A DNA stretch of 64,000 nt from Thermoanaerobaculia bacterium. Its GTDB lineage: Bacteria; Acidobacteriota; Thermoanaerobaculia; UBA5066. The position numbers and the translations under genes are program-made. Below are positions 1-9,425 of the stretch, in pieces (position 1 is the stretch's first letter; each line of letters starts with the position of its first letter). The stretch spans positions 224,001 through 288,000 of the forward strand of contig CAWFJJ010000001.1 of NCBI GenBank assembly GCA_963816185.1, given 5' to 3'. The notes under the pieces were generated by a model, which ran no database searches, was not told where the DNA came from, and worked only from the letters and a program-made list of their open reading frames with translations.

Positions 1-990
1 CTGGACGGCTGGGAGCTCGACCCCGACTCGCGCGCGTTCGTGGCCGCGGCGAAACGCCGGCCCGTCACGGTCGTCCTGCCGCTCGCGACGCACGGCAAGC
101 TCCTGGGACTTCTCGCCGTCGGGCGCAAGCGTTCCGAGGAGGAGCTTTCGCGAGAGGATCTCGACCATCTGCTGACGATCGCGAATCAGGGCGCGCTCGG
201 GCTCGAGGCGGCGGGTCTCCACGAGGAGCTCACGCGCCGGGCGGAGATGGAGAGGGATCTGGACATCGCGCGCGAGATCCAGACGAGCCTTTTTCCGCGG
301 GAGCTGCCGCGCGTGCCGGGGGTTTCGTTCTTCGGCGTGAGCCGGCCGGCGCGCGTCGTGGGCGGCGACTTCTACGACTTTCTCGAGGTGGACGGCGACG
401 TGCGAGCGGGCGGGCGCCTCGGCCTCGTCGTGGGCGACGTGTCGGGCAAGTCGATCCCGGCCTCGCTCCTCATGGTCGCCGCCAAGGAGATCGTCTACGC
501 CCGGGCGATGGCCGATCCCGATCCCGGCGTCGTCTTCCGCGAGTCGAACCGGCGCCTGTACGACATCAAGCGGCGGATGTTCGTGTCGCTCGCGTACTTC
601 CTCCTCGACCCGAAGACGCTCTCCCTCACCTACGCGTTCGGCGGCCAGCCGACGCCCCTCCTCCTGCGCGCGGGCTCGGGCACCGCGGTGGAGATTCCGG
701 CACCTACGAATCGGCTGCCTCTCGGAGCCTTCCGCGACGTTCCTTACGACACCGTCACGTCTTACCTCTCGCCCGGGGACCTCCTCCTCTTCTACACGGA
801 CGGCCTCAACGAGGCGATGTCCGCCGAAATGGCACCGTACGGGGACGAAAGGCTCAAGGCCTCGTTCGTCCGCCACGCAAAGCGCCCTCTGCCGCAGCTC
901 GCCGACGAGCTTCTCGAGGACATCCGCCAGTTTACCCAGGACGCCGAGCAATACGACGACCAGACCTTCGTCCTGATGCGCGTCGGGTAA
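1..990 (+). CDS. GAF + SpoIIE/PP2C (RsbU-like) serine phosphatase, 5'-truncated by the window edge
   Basis: Frame open from base 1; GAF tail (LLGLLAVGRK..DLDHLLTIANQ), then PP2C motifs VGGDFYD, GDVSGK, YTDGL, DDQT. Confidence 0.9.
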   Translation: MDGWELDPDSRAFVAAAKRRPVTVVLPLATHGKLLGLLAVGRKRSEEELSREDLDHLLTIANQGALGLEAAGLHEELTRRAEMERDLDIAREIQTSLFPRELPRVPGVSFFGVSRPARVVGGDFYDFLEVDGDVRAGGRLGLVVGDVSGKSIPASLLMVAAKEIVYARAMADPDPGVVFRESNRRLYDIKRRMFVSLAYFLLDPKTLSLTYAFGGQPTPLLLRAGSGTAVEIPAPTNRLPLGAFRDVPYDTVTSYLSPGDLLLFYTDGLNEAMSAEMAPYGDERLKASFVRHAKRPLPQLADELLEDIRQFTQDAEQYDDQTFVLMRVG

Positions 991-1052
991 AACTCGAAAC
1001 GCCGCGGGCGCGTATCATCGAATGGCCGCCCCGTGCGGCCTCCGGAGGCTCC

Positions 1053-2500
1053 ATGCCGCTCGCGTCCCGCCGCTTCCTGCGCCCGCTCACCCTCGCCCTC
1101 GTGGTGGCGGGTCTCGTGGTGGCCGGGACCGCCGCGGCGTTCTTCCTCAGGAGCCGCCGCGAGGTCACGACGTCCTCGAAGCAGGCCCTGAAGGCTTACA
1201 ACGAGGCGCGCGACAACGACCTCAAGATGTACGAGCGCGAGGCGATCTCCGGGTACGCGACGGCGCTTCAGTACGACCCCCATTTCGTCATGGCGACGCT
1301 CCGACTCGCCGAAAAGATCCGGGGGCGCGACCCCGAGCGGGCCAAGTCGCTCCTCATGTCGGCGGCGCGCTGGAGGGACGGGCTCACGCCGCGCGAGCAG
1401 CTCATGCTCAAGATCTACGAGGAGCGCTGGGAGCGGCACGACCCGGCGGCTCTGGGCGCGCTCTACGACGAGTACCTGCGTCGATTCCCGGACGACCCGG
1501 AAGGCTATCTGATGCGGTGCTACTTCCTGGCGAGCCAGAAGCGGACCGCCGAGGCCCTCGCGGAATACGAGCGCCTTCTCACGGTGAATCCGAACTACGC
1601 GACAGCCTACAACGTGCTCGGCTATGCCAGCGCGGCGCGCGGCGACTACGCAAAGGCCGAGGACTACCTCAAGCGCTACCGCTACCTCGCGCCGGACCAG
1701 GCGAACCCTCTCGATTCGCTCGGCGAGCTCTACGCGCTCACGGGGCGGTACGACGAAGCCGAGGACGTCCTCAAGAAGGCGCTCGCGGTAAAGAGCGACT
1801 TCTTCCCCGCCTACGGCCACCTCGGAACCGTGGAAATCGACCGGGGAAACCCGGCGAAGGCCGCCGAGTACTTTCTCAAGGCGTCGGACGAGGCCAGCCC
1901 AGACCGGTATGCGCCTCGACTTCCGCTTCTACGCTTCGATCGCCCTGCTCGACGCAGGCGACGAAGCGGCCGCACGCAAAGAGCTCGACCGCTTGGGGAC
2001 GGAGACAGCCGGCCTTCCGCCCGGATCGGAGGCCGAGCAGCTCCAAGGGAAGATCGCGTTTTATCAGGCGGCGTTTCTCGCGATGAAGGGCGAGACGACG
2101 GGGCTCGACGCCCTGCTCGCGACCGCGGCCGCCTCTTTCGAGAAGGTGCCGGAGGCCGAAAAGAAAGGCGCAGATCAAAACATCGCCCTGGTCCGCGGAC
2201 TCGCGGCAGCCCGGTCCGGCCGCTGCGAGGAGGCGGTGGCGCTCCTCCGGGGGAACCAGCAGCCGGTAGGTGAGTTCGGCCTCGGCGGAACGCAGTACTA
2301 CCCGGCAAACGACTTCTTCCGCGTCGTCACGGCTCGCTGCCTCCACGAGCTCGGGCGCACCGAGGAAGCGGAGAAGGAGCTCGAGTCCGCTTCTGAAGAG
2401 GAACCCGCATTTCGCCCCCGCCGTCGCCGTCGCCGCGCGCCTCAAGGCCGGGACGCCGGCTGCGGAGGTTCGGGCCTCCCGCGCCGCGGGCGCACCCTGA
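1053..2500 (+). CDS. TPR-repeat protein with N-terminal membrane anchor; two apparent +1 frameshifts (~1900, ~2390)
   Basis: Hydrophobic N-terminus and TPR-like repeats (NPNYATAYNVLG, PDQANPLDSLG); TPR-like sequence continues in frames 1909..2511 and 2270..2500 (LLKRNPHFAPA). Confidence 0.75.
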
Positions 2501-2507
2501 GCCGTCG

Positions 2508-4001
2508 ATGAACGGCGCCCGGCCGCCTGCGCGCGACCTGGAGACGTTCGCGCTCAAGAAGAAAGTCCTGCGCCTCGAAACCCTATACGACGTCAGCCGT
2601 TCGCTCTCGGCCGCCCGCGACGAGAAGGCCCTACTCGAGGAGATCCTCGCGCGCGCGGTCCCCGTCCTCGACGCCGCACGCGGGTTCGCCGCCGCCTTCG
2701 AGGACGCCGAGGGTTCGGGCACCGTGGCCTCGCTCGGGATCGCGCCCGAGCCCGATCCGCTCGCCGTCTCGTCCGATCCATTCGTGCTCGACCTGGCGCG
2801 CGCGAAGACCGCTCTCTCGCGCGGAAGAGAGACGGTTCTGGGCAACGCCGTGGAGAGCGTCGCGGGTGTTCCGTTGCTCGGGGGCGGGCGCGTGCTCGGC
2901 GTTCTCGTGGTTCTCGACCGCGAGGCGCGGAGAGGAGCTGCTCCATCCTTCGACGAGGAGGATCGCCGCTTTCTCGTCTCGCTCGCGGGCCTCGTCGCGC
3001 CGACGCTCGATGCGGCGCGCCGCTTTCGCGCGCTCGCCGCCGACCTCGATCGCCTCAGGGAGGAGAACCGCTCGCTCAAGGGGAGCCTCGGCGTGGACGA
3101 GATCCTCGTGGGCGACTCGCCACCCATGCGGCGGGCGAAGGAGCTCGTCGCCCGGGCCGCCGCATCGCGTGTCAACGTCCTCGTCACGGGCGAGAGCGGC
3201 ACCGGTAAGGAGCTCGCGGCGAAGCTTCTGCACGCGGGCTCGCCCCGGCGCGAAGGACCCTTTCTCGCCCTGAACTGCGCGGCCGTCCCCGAGAGCCTCC
3301 TGGAGAGCGAGCTCTTCGGCATCGAGAGAGGCGTCGCGACGGGTGTCGAGGCGAGGCTCGGCAAATTCGAGCTTGCGAACGGGGGCACGATCTTTCTCGA
3401 CGAGATCGGCGACACGCCGCTCGCCATCCAGGCGAAGCTCCTGCGCGTTCTGCAGGAGCGCGAGATCGAGCGCATCGGCGGGCGCACGAGAGTGCCGGTC
3501 GACGTGCGCGTCATCTCGGCGACGCATCAGGATCTGCCCGCCGAGATCCGTGCGGGGCGCTTCCGCGAGGACCTCTTCTACAGGCTTCGCGTCGTCGAAA
3601 TCCGTATGCCCGCGTTGCGCGAGCACCGCGAGGACATTCCGCGCCTCGCGGGGCACTTCCTCGGGCGCATTGCGGCGCGAGACGGCCGCCGCCCACCCTC
3701 GCTCTCGCGTGATGCCGTGAAGGCGCTCCTCGATTACTCGTTTCCCGGCAACGTGCGCGAGCTCGAGAATCTGCTCGAGGGCGCGGCCGCGCTCGTCTCG
3801 GGCGACGTGATCGAGGCCGCGGACCTTCAGTTCGGCATCGCGCGAGAGGGAGCCGACGACCTCCGCCTCGCGTCGGCTGATTTGCGCCACGTGGAGAACG
3901 CGCACATCCGGCGCGTCCTCGCCCAGGTGAAAGGCAACAAGAGCCGCGCGGCAAAGCTCCTCGGGGTCAGCAGGCGCACGCTGTACCGGAAGAGAATCTG
4001 A
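2508..4001 (+). CDS. GAF-AAA+-HTH (Fis) sigma54-type enhancer-binding protein
   Basis: Walker A GESGTGKE, Walker B FLDEIG, FREDLFYRL, FPGNVRELEN, C-terminal HTH GNKSRAAKLLGVSRRTLY. Confidence 0.93.
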   Translation: MNGARPPARDLETFALKKKVLRLETLYDVSRSLSAARDEKALLEEILARAVPVLDAARGFAAAFEDAEGSGTVASLGIAPEPDPLAVSSDPFVLDLARAKTALSRGRETVLGNAVESVAGVPLLGGGRVLGVLVVLDREARRGAAPSFDEEDRRFLVSLAGLVAPTLDAARRFRALAADLDRLREENRSLKGSLGVDEILVGDSPPMRRAKELVARAAASRVNVLVTGESGTGKELAAKLLHAGSPRREGPFLALNCAAVPESLLESELFGIERGVATGVEARLGKFELANGGTIFLDEIGDTPLAIQAKLLRVLQEREIERIGGRTRVPVDVRVISATHQDLPAEIRAGRFREDLFYRLRVVEIRMPALREHREDIPRLAGHFLGRIAARDGRRPPSLSRDAVKALLDYSFPGNVRELENLLEGAAALVSGDVIEAADLQFGIAREGADDLRLASADLRHVENAHIRRVLAQVKGNKSRAAKLLGVSRRTLYRKRI

Positions 4002-4026
4002 TAGCGGTTGTGTCGCGCCTGGCGCG

Positions 4027-6312
4027 CTACGGTTCCTTGCGGATCAGCCTCCACAGTGTGGCCCGATCGGGCGCGAGGAGCTCTGCGATGCGCCGGGGGT
4101 CGACGTCGGCGACGATGATCTGGCCGACCTCGGTCGTGACCTCGCGGAAGATGCCGTGGACCTTCATCTTCGCGGCCTGATACTGGTTGTCCTCGGTGGG
4201 AGAGACGTAGTGCACCGAGTCGGCCCGAAAGCGGTGAATCAGGAAGAGGTGGACGAGGTCCATCAGGCGCTTCTTGCGGAGCGCCGCCGCGAAGGTGTTC
4301 TGGTCGCGCACCGAGAGAATGCTGCGACCGCGCCGGTCGTGGATGGGAGCGAAGACGACGTTCGCGTGCTTTTCGTTCCCGTGGCCGGTGATGCCGAGCT
4401 CGAGCAGCTCCGAGCCGGCGCTGTGCGGCCGGAGCTGGACACGGAGCGGGCCCGGGAGGCCGTAGTGCTGCGTCCACATCGCGAGCCAGTCCTCGAGCAG
4501 CTTTTTCGGGACCTCGGTCTGCACGAGGTGCTGGTGCTGGGTGGAGCCCTTGCCCATCGCCATGGTGGTCGCCGTGCGCCCCGACGTGGCCGTCAGCGCG
4601 GCGTCCGCGCGCGGGCCGCCGACGAGGGTCTGCGGCGTGCGGTACGGCGACTCGACCATGCGGAGCTTCCGCTGCAAGCGGGCGAGAGCGAGCATGCCGT
4701 CCTGCTTGAGGGCGGTCGCCAGCTCCTCGGCGGCGAGACCGTCGATCTGGTGGCCGCCGTACGTGATGAAGTTGAAGACGAAGCCCAGCTTGCCGAGCTC
4801 CTCGGGGAATCGCCGCATCTCCTCGTCGCTCATGCCGGTGGTGTCCCAGCTGAACGACGGCGAGAGGTTGTAGGCGAGCATCTTGTCCGGGAACTCGGCG
4901 TGGACCGCTTCGGCGAATTCGCGGGCATCGGAGAGGTCGGCGGTCTTCGTCTCCATCCACAGGATGTCGGCGAAAGGGGCCGCGGCGAGCGACTTCGCGA
5001 CGGCGTACGGGATGCCGCCGCGGACCTGGTAGAAGCCCTCTGAAGTCCTGGCCAGCTCACAATCCCAGTCGACGTCGGCGCCGAGCGCGCGCGCCTTCTC
5101 GCGGGCGGCGTAGAGCGAGGCGCGCGCGGCGAACCTTCGCCACTCGTCGGGGCTCGTCTCGAGCGCTTCACCCTCACTCGCGCGGAAGTCGAGCACTTCG
5201 GCGACGGCCTCGCCGTAAGGTTCGAGGATCGCTTCGGTCTCCCACGCTGCGAGGAAGGCGGAGGCGACCCGGTCGAACATCCCGTCGAGTGAGATTTCCT
5301 TCCCGTCCCGGTAGGCCGCCGCGGCCTCCGCGGCCAGCCGCAGAAGGCCCTTGCGTTCGAGCCAGGCGGACGCGGCCGCGTGCTCGCCGTCGGGGACGGC
5401 GTAGAGCAGGTGGCCGTTGAGCTCGCGGACGCCCGTCTCGTAGAAGCTCCGGATGAGCGCCAGGTAGCAGGCCTTGTAGGCCGGCACTTCGAGGTTCGTG
5501 GCGCCGAGGAGGAACGGCTGGTCGCGCTCGTCGGCGCGTCCGTCGAGAAGGTTGGCCGCTTCCGCATCGGTGCGGGCGACGATGATGCCGGCGACTCCCA
5601 TGACGTCGAGCTGGAAGCGGGCGGCGTTCAATCGCTTGTTCTGCTCATCCTGTGCGACCAGCACCTTGCCGCCCTGGTGGCCGCACTTTTTGGTGCCCGG
5701 GCGCTGGTCTTCGATGTGGTAGCCGGACACGCCGGACTCGACGAAGCGGCGGATCAAATTGCGGACGTGGGGGTCGCCGCCGTGTCCCGTGTCGGCGTCG
5801 GCGATGATGAACGGGCGGAAGTCGTGGGCCGGCGCGGCGGCGCGCTGCGCCTCGGTCATGCGCAAGCGCAGGTAGTGCTGGTTGCGGTCGGCGGTAAGCA
5901 GGGCGCGCACCAACGTCGCGGCCTCGTCGGGCACCTGGCTCAGCGGGTAGCTCGCGAGATCGGGCCCCGGGTCTTCGCTCGTTCCGCCTTTGGCGGAGGT
6001 CGCCCAGCCGCCCAGGTAGATCCCTTCGATACCCATGCGCTTCATCGTCACGGCCTGCCCCGGCGAGTATGGGCCGAACGTCGTGATGGATTTCCTCTCG
6101 GCGAAAAGCTGGCGCAGACGGTCGTAGAACGCCGCTGCGGCCTCGCGCGCCACGGTGTAATCGTGGGCGATAGTGCCTCGCTGCTCCACGACCTGGCGCG
6201 CCGTGTAGAGGCGGGTGATCCCCGCGAAGCGGGGGCTGTCGAACCACCGCTGGGTGGCGGCGACTTCCTTCTCGAACGAGGTCATGGCGGGACTCGCTGT
6301 TGCCGTGGTCAT
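4027..6312 (-). CDS. aceA: Isocitrate lyase, long ICL2 (mycobacterial AceA) type
   Basis: DADTGHG, catalytic [17 protein letters not shown] motifs; about 760 aa with C-terminal extension; start uncertain (6363/6312/6285). Confidence 0.92.
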   Translation of the reverse strand: MTTATASPAMTSFEKEVAATQRWFDSPRFAGITRLYTARQVVEQRGTIAHDYTVAREAAAAFYDRLRQLFAERKSITTFGPYSPGQAVTMKRMGIEGIYLGGWATSAKGGTSEDPGPDLASYPLSQVPDEAATLVRALLTADRNQHYLRLRMTEAQRAAAPAHDFRPFIIADADTGHGGDPHVRNLIRRFVESGVSGYHIEDQRPGTKKCGHQGGKVLVAQDEQNKRLNAARFQLDVMGVAGIIVARTDAEAANLLDGRADERDQPFLLGATNLEVPAYKACYLALIRSFYETGVRELNGHLLYAVPDGEHAAASAWLERKGLLRLAAEAAAAYRDGKEISLDGMFDRVASAFLAAWETEAILEPYGEAVAEVLDFRASEGEALETSPDEWRRFAARASLYAAREKARALGADVDWDCELARTSEGFYQVRGGIPYAVAKSLAAAPFADILWMETKTADLSDAREFAEAVHAEFPDKMLAYNLSPSFSWDTTGMSDEEMRRFPEELGKLGFVFNFITYGGHQIDGLAAEELATALKQDGMLALARLQRKLRMVESPYRTPQTLVGGPRADAALTATSGRTATTMAMGKGSTQHQHLVQTEVPKKLLEDWLAMWTQHYGLPGPLRVQLRPHSAGSELLELGITGHGNEKHANVVFAPIHDRRGRSILSVRDQNTFAAALRKKRLMDLVHLFLIHRFRADSVHYVSPTEDNQYQAAKMKVHGIFREVTTEVGQIIVADVDPRRIAELLAPDRATLWRLIRKEP

Positions 6313-6431
6313 GCGGCGAAGTCTATCGAACAGACCTTCGGCCGTTCCACGACGCCTCGTCACTTGGACAGAAAGGCCTAGAAATCACCGAGTTTGAGCG
6401 GGGAGATCCGGCGGAGAAATTTCTTGCTCCC

Positions 6432-6447
6432 TGTCAGTTTGATGACA
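6432..6447. promoter_or_regulatory. Palindrome TGTCA-N6-TGACA (TGT-N10-ACA), candidate bEBP upstream activating sequence
   Basis: tgtcagtttgatgaca, about 210 bp upstream of a -24/-12 motif. Confidence 0.4.
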
Positions 6448-6451
6448 ACGT

Positions 6452-6464
6452 GCTACACTGTAGC
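6452..6464. promoter_or_regulatory. Palindrome GCTACA-C-TGTAGC, candidate operator upstream of aceA
   Basis: Perfect 6-1-6 inverted repeat in the divergent intergenic region. Confidence 0.35.
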
Positions 6465-6490
6465 GTTATGGCGCAGTCAAGCTAAGTTAT

Positions 6491-6596
6491 TTTCTTAGAA
6501 TGCTAATATGATATCCGTGTGGCGTTGATCCCATAATTGTGACATAGTGGCGCATAGCTAGCCTTGGCTGCCCTGCCCATATTACCTTCTAAGAAA
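6491..6596. repeat. Inverted pair of TTCTWAGAA motifs (pair A)
   Basis: TTTCTTAGAA 6491-6500 and TTCTAAGAAA 6587-6596 in an AT-rich patch. Confidence 0.85.
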
Positions 6597-6656
6597 CCTA
6601 ATCTTTCCAACATCTTACATCAGCTTCGGCAGCCTCGAAATCGGCGCGCGGATCAT

Positions 6657-6671
6657 TGGCTTGACCCTTGC
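6657..6671 (+). promoter_or_regulatory. Candidate sigma54 -24/-12 promoter
   Basis: TGGC-TTGACCC-TTGC matches TGGC-N7-TTGC; GGAGG at 6688 and ATG at 6700 follow. Confidence 0.6.
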
Positions 6672-6699
6672 GATGCGGGTGTCAACCGGAGGCACCCAG

Positions 6700-6972
6700 A
6701 TGTTCAGAGAGGGCGGAATCAAGGCTGAGGCGGCAAGCGTGTCGGAGCACGCGTCATCCATGCCTGGGCGCTCCTCTTTTGCCGCCGCGCCCTCATTTTC
6801 CGAAGCTGATTCTTCCGCATCCGTCACTGCGTCTCTCCCCGTCTGGATCCGCGCGTCACACGTCACCCTCTCTCTCCTTCTCGCCGAGACCGCCGTCTTC
6901 GCCCTCGCCGCTGCGTCGGGTAAGATCCCTTCGTTCCTCTTCACAGCGATTCGCGCGCTCCTGACGTTCTAG
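6700..6972 (+). CDS. Small hypothetical protein (90 aa), Ser/Ala-rich N-terminus and hydrophobic C-terminus
   Basis: GGAGG RBS 7 nt before ATG; ends just before the rsbW-like gene; no recognisable domain. Confidence 0.45.
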   Translation: MFREGGIKAEAASVSEHASSMPGRSSFAAAPSFSEADSSASVTASLPVWIRASHVTLSLLLAETAVFALAAASGKIPSFLFTAIRALLTF

Positions 6973-7000
6973 GGCTCTGAGAGGGGATTGCCGAAAAGCA

Positions 7001-7438
7001 ATGTCGTCGGTCGAGCGTCGCGAGGTGCACATGACCATTCCGGTTGCGCCGGAAATGGAGATTGCCGCCACGGCACAGGTCTCGGCGCTCGGCGAGTGGA
7101 TGGAAATGGGCCGCGACAAGATCGACGAGGTGAAGATGGCCGTCGTCGAGGCCTGCATCAACGCGTTCGAGCACAGCGCGACGCCGGACCGCAAGGTCGA
7201 GCTCTCCTTTCGCGTAGGAGCCGAGGAGGGCGGCCGGGGCGCCTATCTCGAGGTCGACGTGGCGGACGCGGGCCACGGGTTTGATCCGACCCGGCTCAAG
7301 ACCCCTGAAATCGCAGCCGCGCTCAGGTCCAGCCGAAAGCGCGGCTGGGGCATCAAGATCATCGAAAGCCTGATGGACGACGTCCGGATCGAAAGCGGCG
7401 AGCATGGCACCCGCATCGTCATGCGCAAATATCGATAA
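7001..7438 (+). CDS. RsbW/SpoIIAB-like anti-sigma factor Ser kinase (HATPase_c_2)
   Basis: N-box EACINAFEH, D-x-G-x-G (DAGHGFD), RGWGIKII. Confidence 0.9.
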   Translation: MSSVERREVHMTIPVAPEMEIAATAQVSALGEWMEMGRDKIDEVKMAVVEACINAFEHSATPDRKVELSFRVGAEEGGRGAYLEVDVADAGHGFDPTRLKTPEIAAALRSSRKRGWGIKIIESLMDDVRIESGEHGTRIVMRKYR

Positions 7439-7453
7439 GGTATAAAGGACCGA

Positions 7454-7816
7454 ATGAGCGAGACCTTGAAAGTCGTCGTAGACCGGCCGGACGTCAACGT
7501 CGCCGTTCTCCGCACGGACGGCTACATCAACAATACCGGCGGCGAGGAGATCGCCAAGCAGGCTTACGCTCTCCTCGGGACGGGCGTGAATCGCCTGCTC
7601 CTCGACCTCGAGAAGACGAAGATCGTCAATTCGATCGGCATTTCCATTCTCATCGAGATTCTGGAAAAGCTGCTCGACCAGGGGGGAAAGCTGGCTTTCT
7701 GCCGGTTGACACCCACGATCGAGAAGACTTTCCAGATCATGGGGCTGGCCCAATATGCGCGCATCTTCCCCGCTCCCGAGCCCGCCCTCGCCTGGCTCCG
7801 GGGCGAGACCGAGTAG
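7454..7816 (+). CDS. STAS-domain anti-sigma antagonist (RsbV/SpoIIAA-like)
   Basis: LLLDLEKTKIVNSIGIS with the conserved phospho-acceptor Ser; FQIMGL. Confidence 0.9.
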   Translation: MSETLKVVVDRPDVNVAVLRTDGYINNTGGEEIAKQAYALLGTGVNRLLLDLEKTKIVNSIGISILIEILEKLLDQGGKLAFCRLTPTIEKTFQIMGLAQYARIFPAPEPALAWLRGETE

Positions 7817-9425
7817 CGCGGCGATCTCCGGGTCGCCCGCCACGGCTGCCGACCGGGACAACGCGATCCTCGCGGCGCACCGGAAGCTCGCGGAGCTCGA
7901 CCCGTTTTCCGATCGCGAGCGGCTCTTCGAGGGGATCCTCGCTGCGCTCCTGACGGCGGCTCACGCCGAGCGAGGCGTCCTCGTGGATCCCCAGCAGCCG
8001 CCGAGCTCCGCGGGTCAGGACGCCGTAAAGGCCGTCGAGGAGCCGGTCACGATCCCGCTCACCGCGCGGGACGAGACGCTCGCGCTTCTCAAGCTCGAGA
8101 AACCTCCCCTCGATCCGATCGGCTTCGCGTCGGTCACGGCCCACGCGGCGCGACTCCTCGATTCCGTGCGGATGGCCGACAAGGTGCAGAAGGCGGACTT
8201 CGAGCTGAAGTACAGGGTCTGGGAGCTGCAGAGCCTGTACGACGTCGGGCTCTCGATCGCGGGCACCCTCAACTTCGAGTCGCTGGCCGAGGACATTCTC
8301 TACAAGTCCATCTCGCTCCTCAACGCGCGCACGGGGACGCTCATCGTGTGCGACCGCGCTTCGGACGGCCCGGTCTACGTGCGCCATCTCGGCGAGCCGC
8401 TTCTCGACGGCGAGTCGGCACGGCTGCTCCCGTCGACGTCGCTCCGCTGCAACACGATCGCCGAGCGGGTGGGCCTGCTCGTGAACGCCCCGGCGGAAAA
8501 GCTCCTCGCCGTGCCGATCCTCGCCGACGGGCGCTGGCTCGGAGTCCTCATCGTGGCCGACAAGGAGAACCGGAACGGTTCGATCGACGACTTCACCGAG
8601 GCCGACGAGCGCGTCGCGTCGCTTTTCGCGAATCAGGCCGCGATCGCGCTCGAGAACGCGCGCCTCCACCGCGAGGCGGTCGAGAAGGAGAAGATGGAGC
8701 GGGAGATCGAGCTCGCCGCCTCCATCCAGAAGACGATTCTCCCGGAGACGCTTCCGGACGTGCCGGGGCTCCTCGTGGCCGGCGGGAACCGGCCGACGAA
8801 GCAGGTCGGGGGCGATTACTACGACGTCTATCCGCTCGCGGACGGGCGCACGGCGCTCTGCGTGGCCGACGTCTCGGGCAAAGGCGTGCCTGCGGCGCTC
8901 CTCGTGTCCACGGTCCACGCCTGCCTTCATCTCCTCGTGCCGAACCACGCCTCCGACCTTCCCGCTCTCGTGGCTCGCGTCAACCGTCATCTCGTGGGCT
9001 TCTCGTCCACCCGCAAGTTTGCGACGCTGTTCATCGCCGTCTACGATCCCGCCGCCGGGACGCTCACGTACGTGAACGCGGGCCACAACCCCGGGCTCTG
9101 GATCTCGCCGGAAGGCGTGACGCTGCTGCCGAGCGGCGGCGTGCCCGTCGGAATGATGCCGGGCGTCACGCACACGCAGGCCACGATTCAGATGGCGTCC
9201 GGCGACACGCTTCTCCTGTACTCCGACGGAATCACCGAAGCGCTGAACGGCGCCGACGAGGAGTTCGGCATGGAGCGTCTCACGGCGCTTGCCGTCGAGG
9301 GGCGCGCGCAGCCCCCGGCGGAGCTTTCCCGGCGCATCTTCGGCGCGGTGAGCGACTTCACGACCGGCGTCGCGCAATACGACGACCAGACGGTGCTCAT
9401 CGCGCGGGTCGTGCCGGCGGCGTGA
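7755..9425 (+). CDS. GAF + SpoIIE/PP2C (RsbU-like) phosphatase; start uncertain
   Basis: GAF ending FANQAAIALENARL; VGGDYYD, ADVSGKG, NAGH, YSDGITE, DDQT. Confidence 0.9.
   Translation: MRASSPLPSPPSPGSGARPSSAAISGSPATAADRDNAILAAHRKLAELDPFSDRERLFEGILAALLTAAHAERGVLVDPQQPPSSAGQDAVKAVEEPVTIPLTARDETLALLKLEKPPLDPIGFASVTAHAARLLDSVRMADKVQKADFELKYRVWELQSLYDVGLSIAGTLNFESLAEDILYKSISLLNARTGTLIVCDRASDGPVYVRHLGEPLLDGESARLLPSTSLRCNTIAERVGLLVNAPAEKLLAVPILADGRWLGVLIVADKENRNGSIDDFTEADERVASLFANQAAIALENARLHREAVEKEKMEREIELAASIQKTILPETLPDVPGLLVAGGNRPTKQVGGDYYDVYPLADGRTALCVADVSGKGVPAALLVSTVHACLHLLVPNHASDLPALVARVNRHLVGFSSTRKFATLFIAVYDPAAGTLTYVNAGHNPGLWISPEGVTLLPSGGVPVGMMPGVTHTQATIQMASGDTLLLYSDGITEALNGADEEFGMERLTALAVEGRAQPPAELSRRIFGAVSDFTTGVAQYDDQTVLIARVVPAA

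Noticed and set aside
6548-6562. Second GG-N10-GC match (TGGCGCATAGCTAGC)
   Set aside because: Weaker -12 element than the 6657 site and not positioned near a start codon
6615-6944. 109-aa minus-strand ORF upstream of aceA
   Set aside because: No recognisable features; the + strand ORF at 6700 has RBS and promoter support
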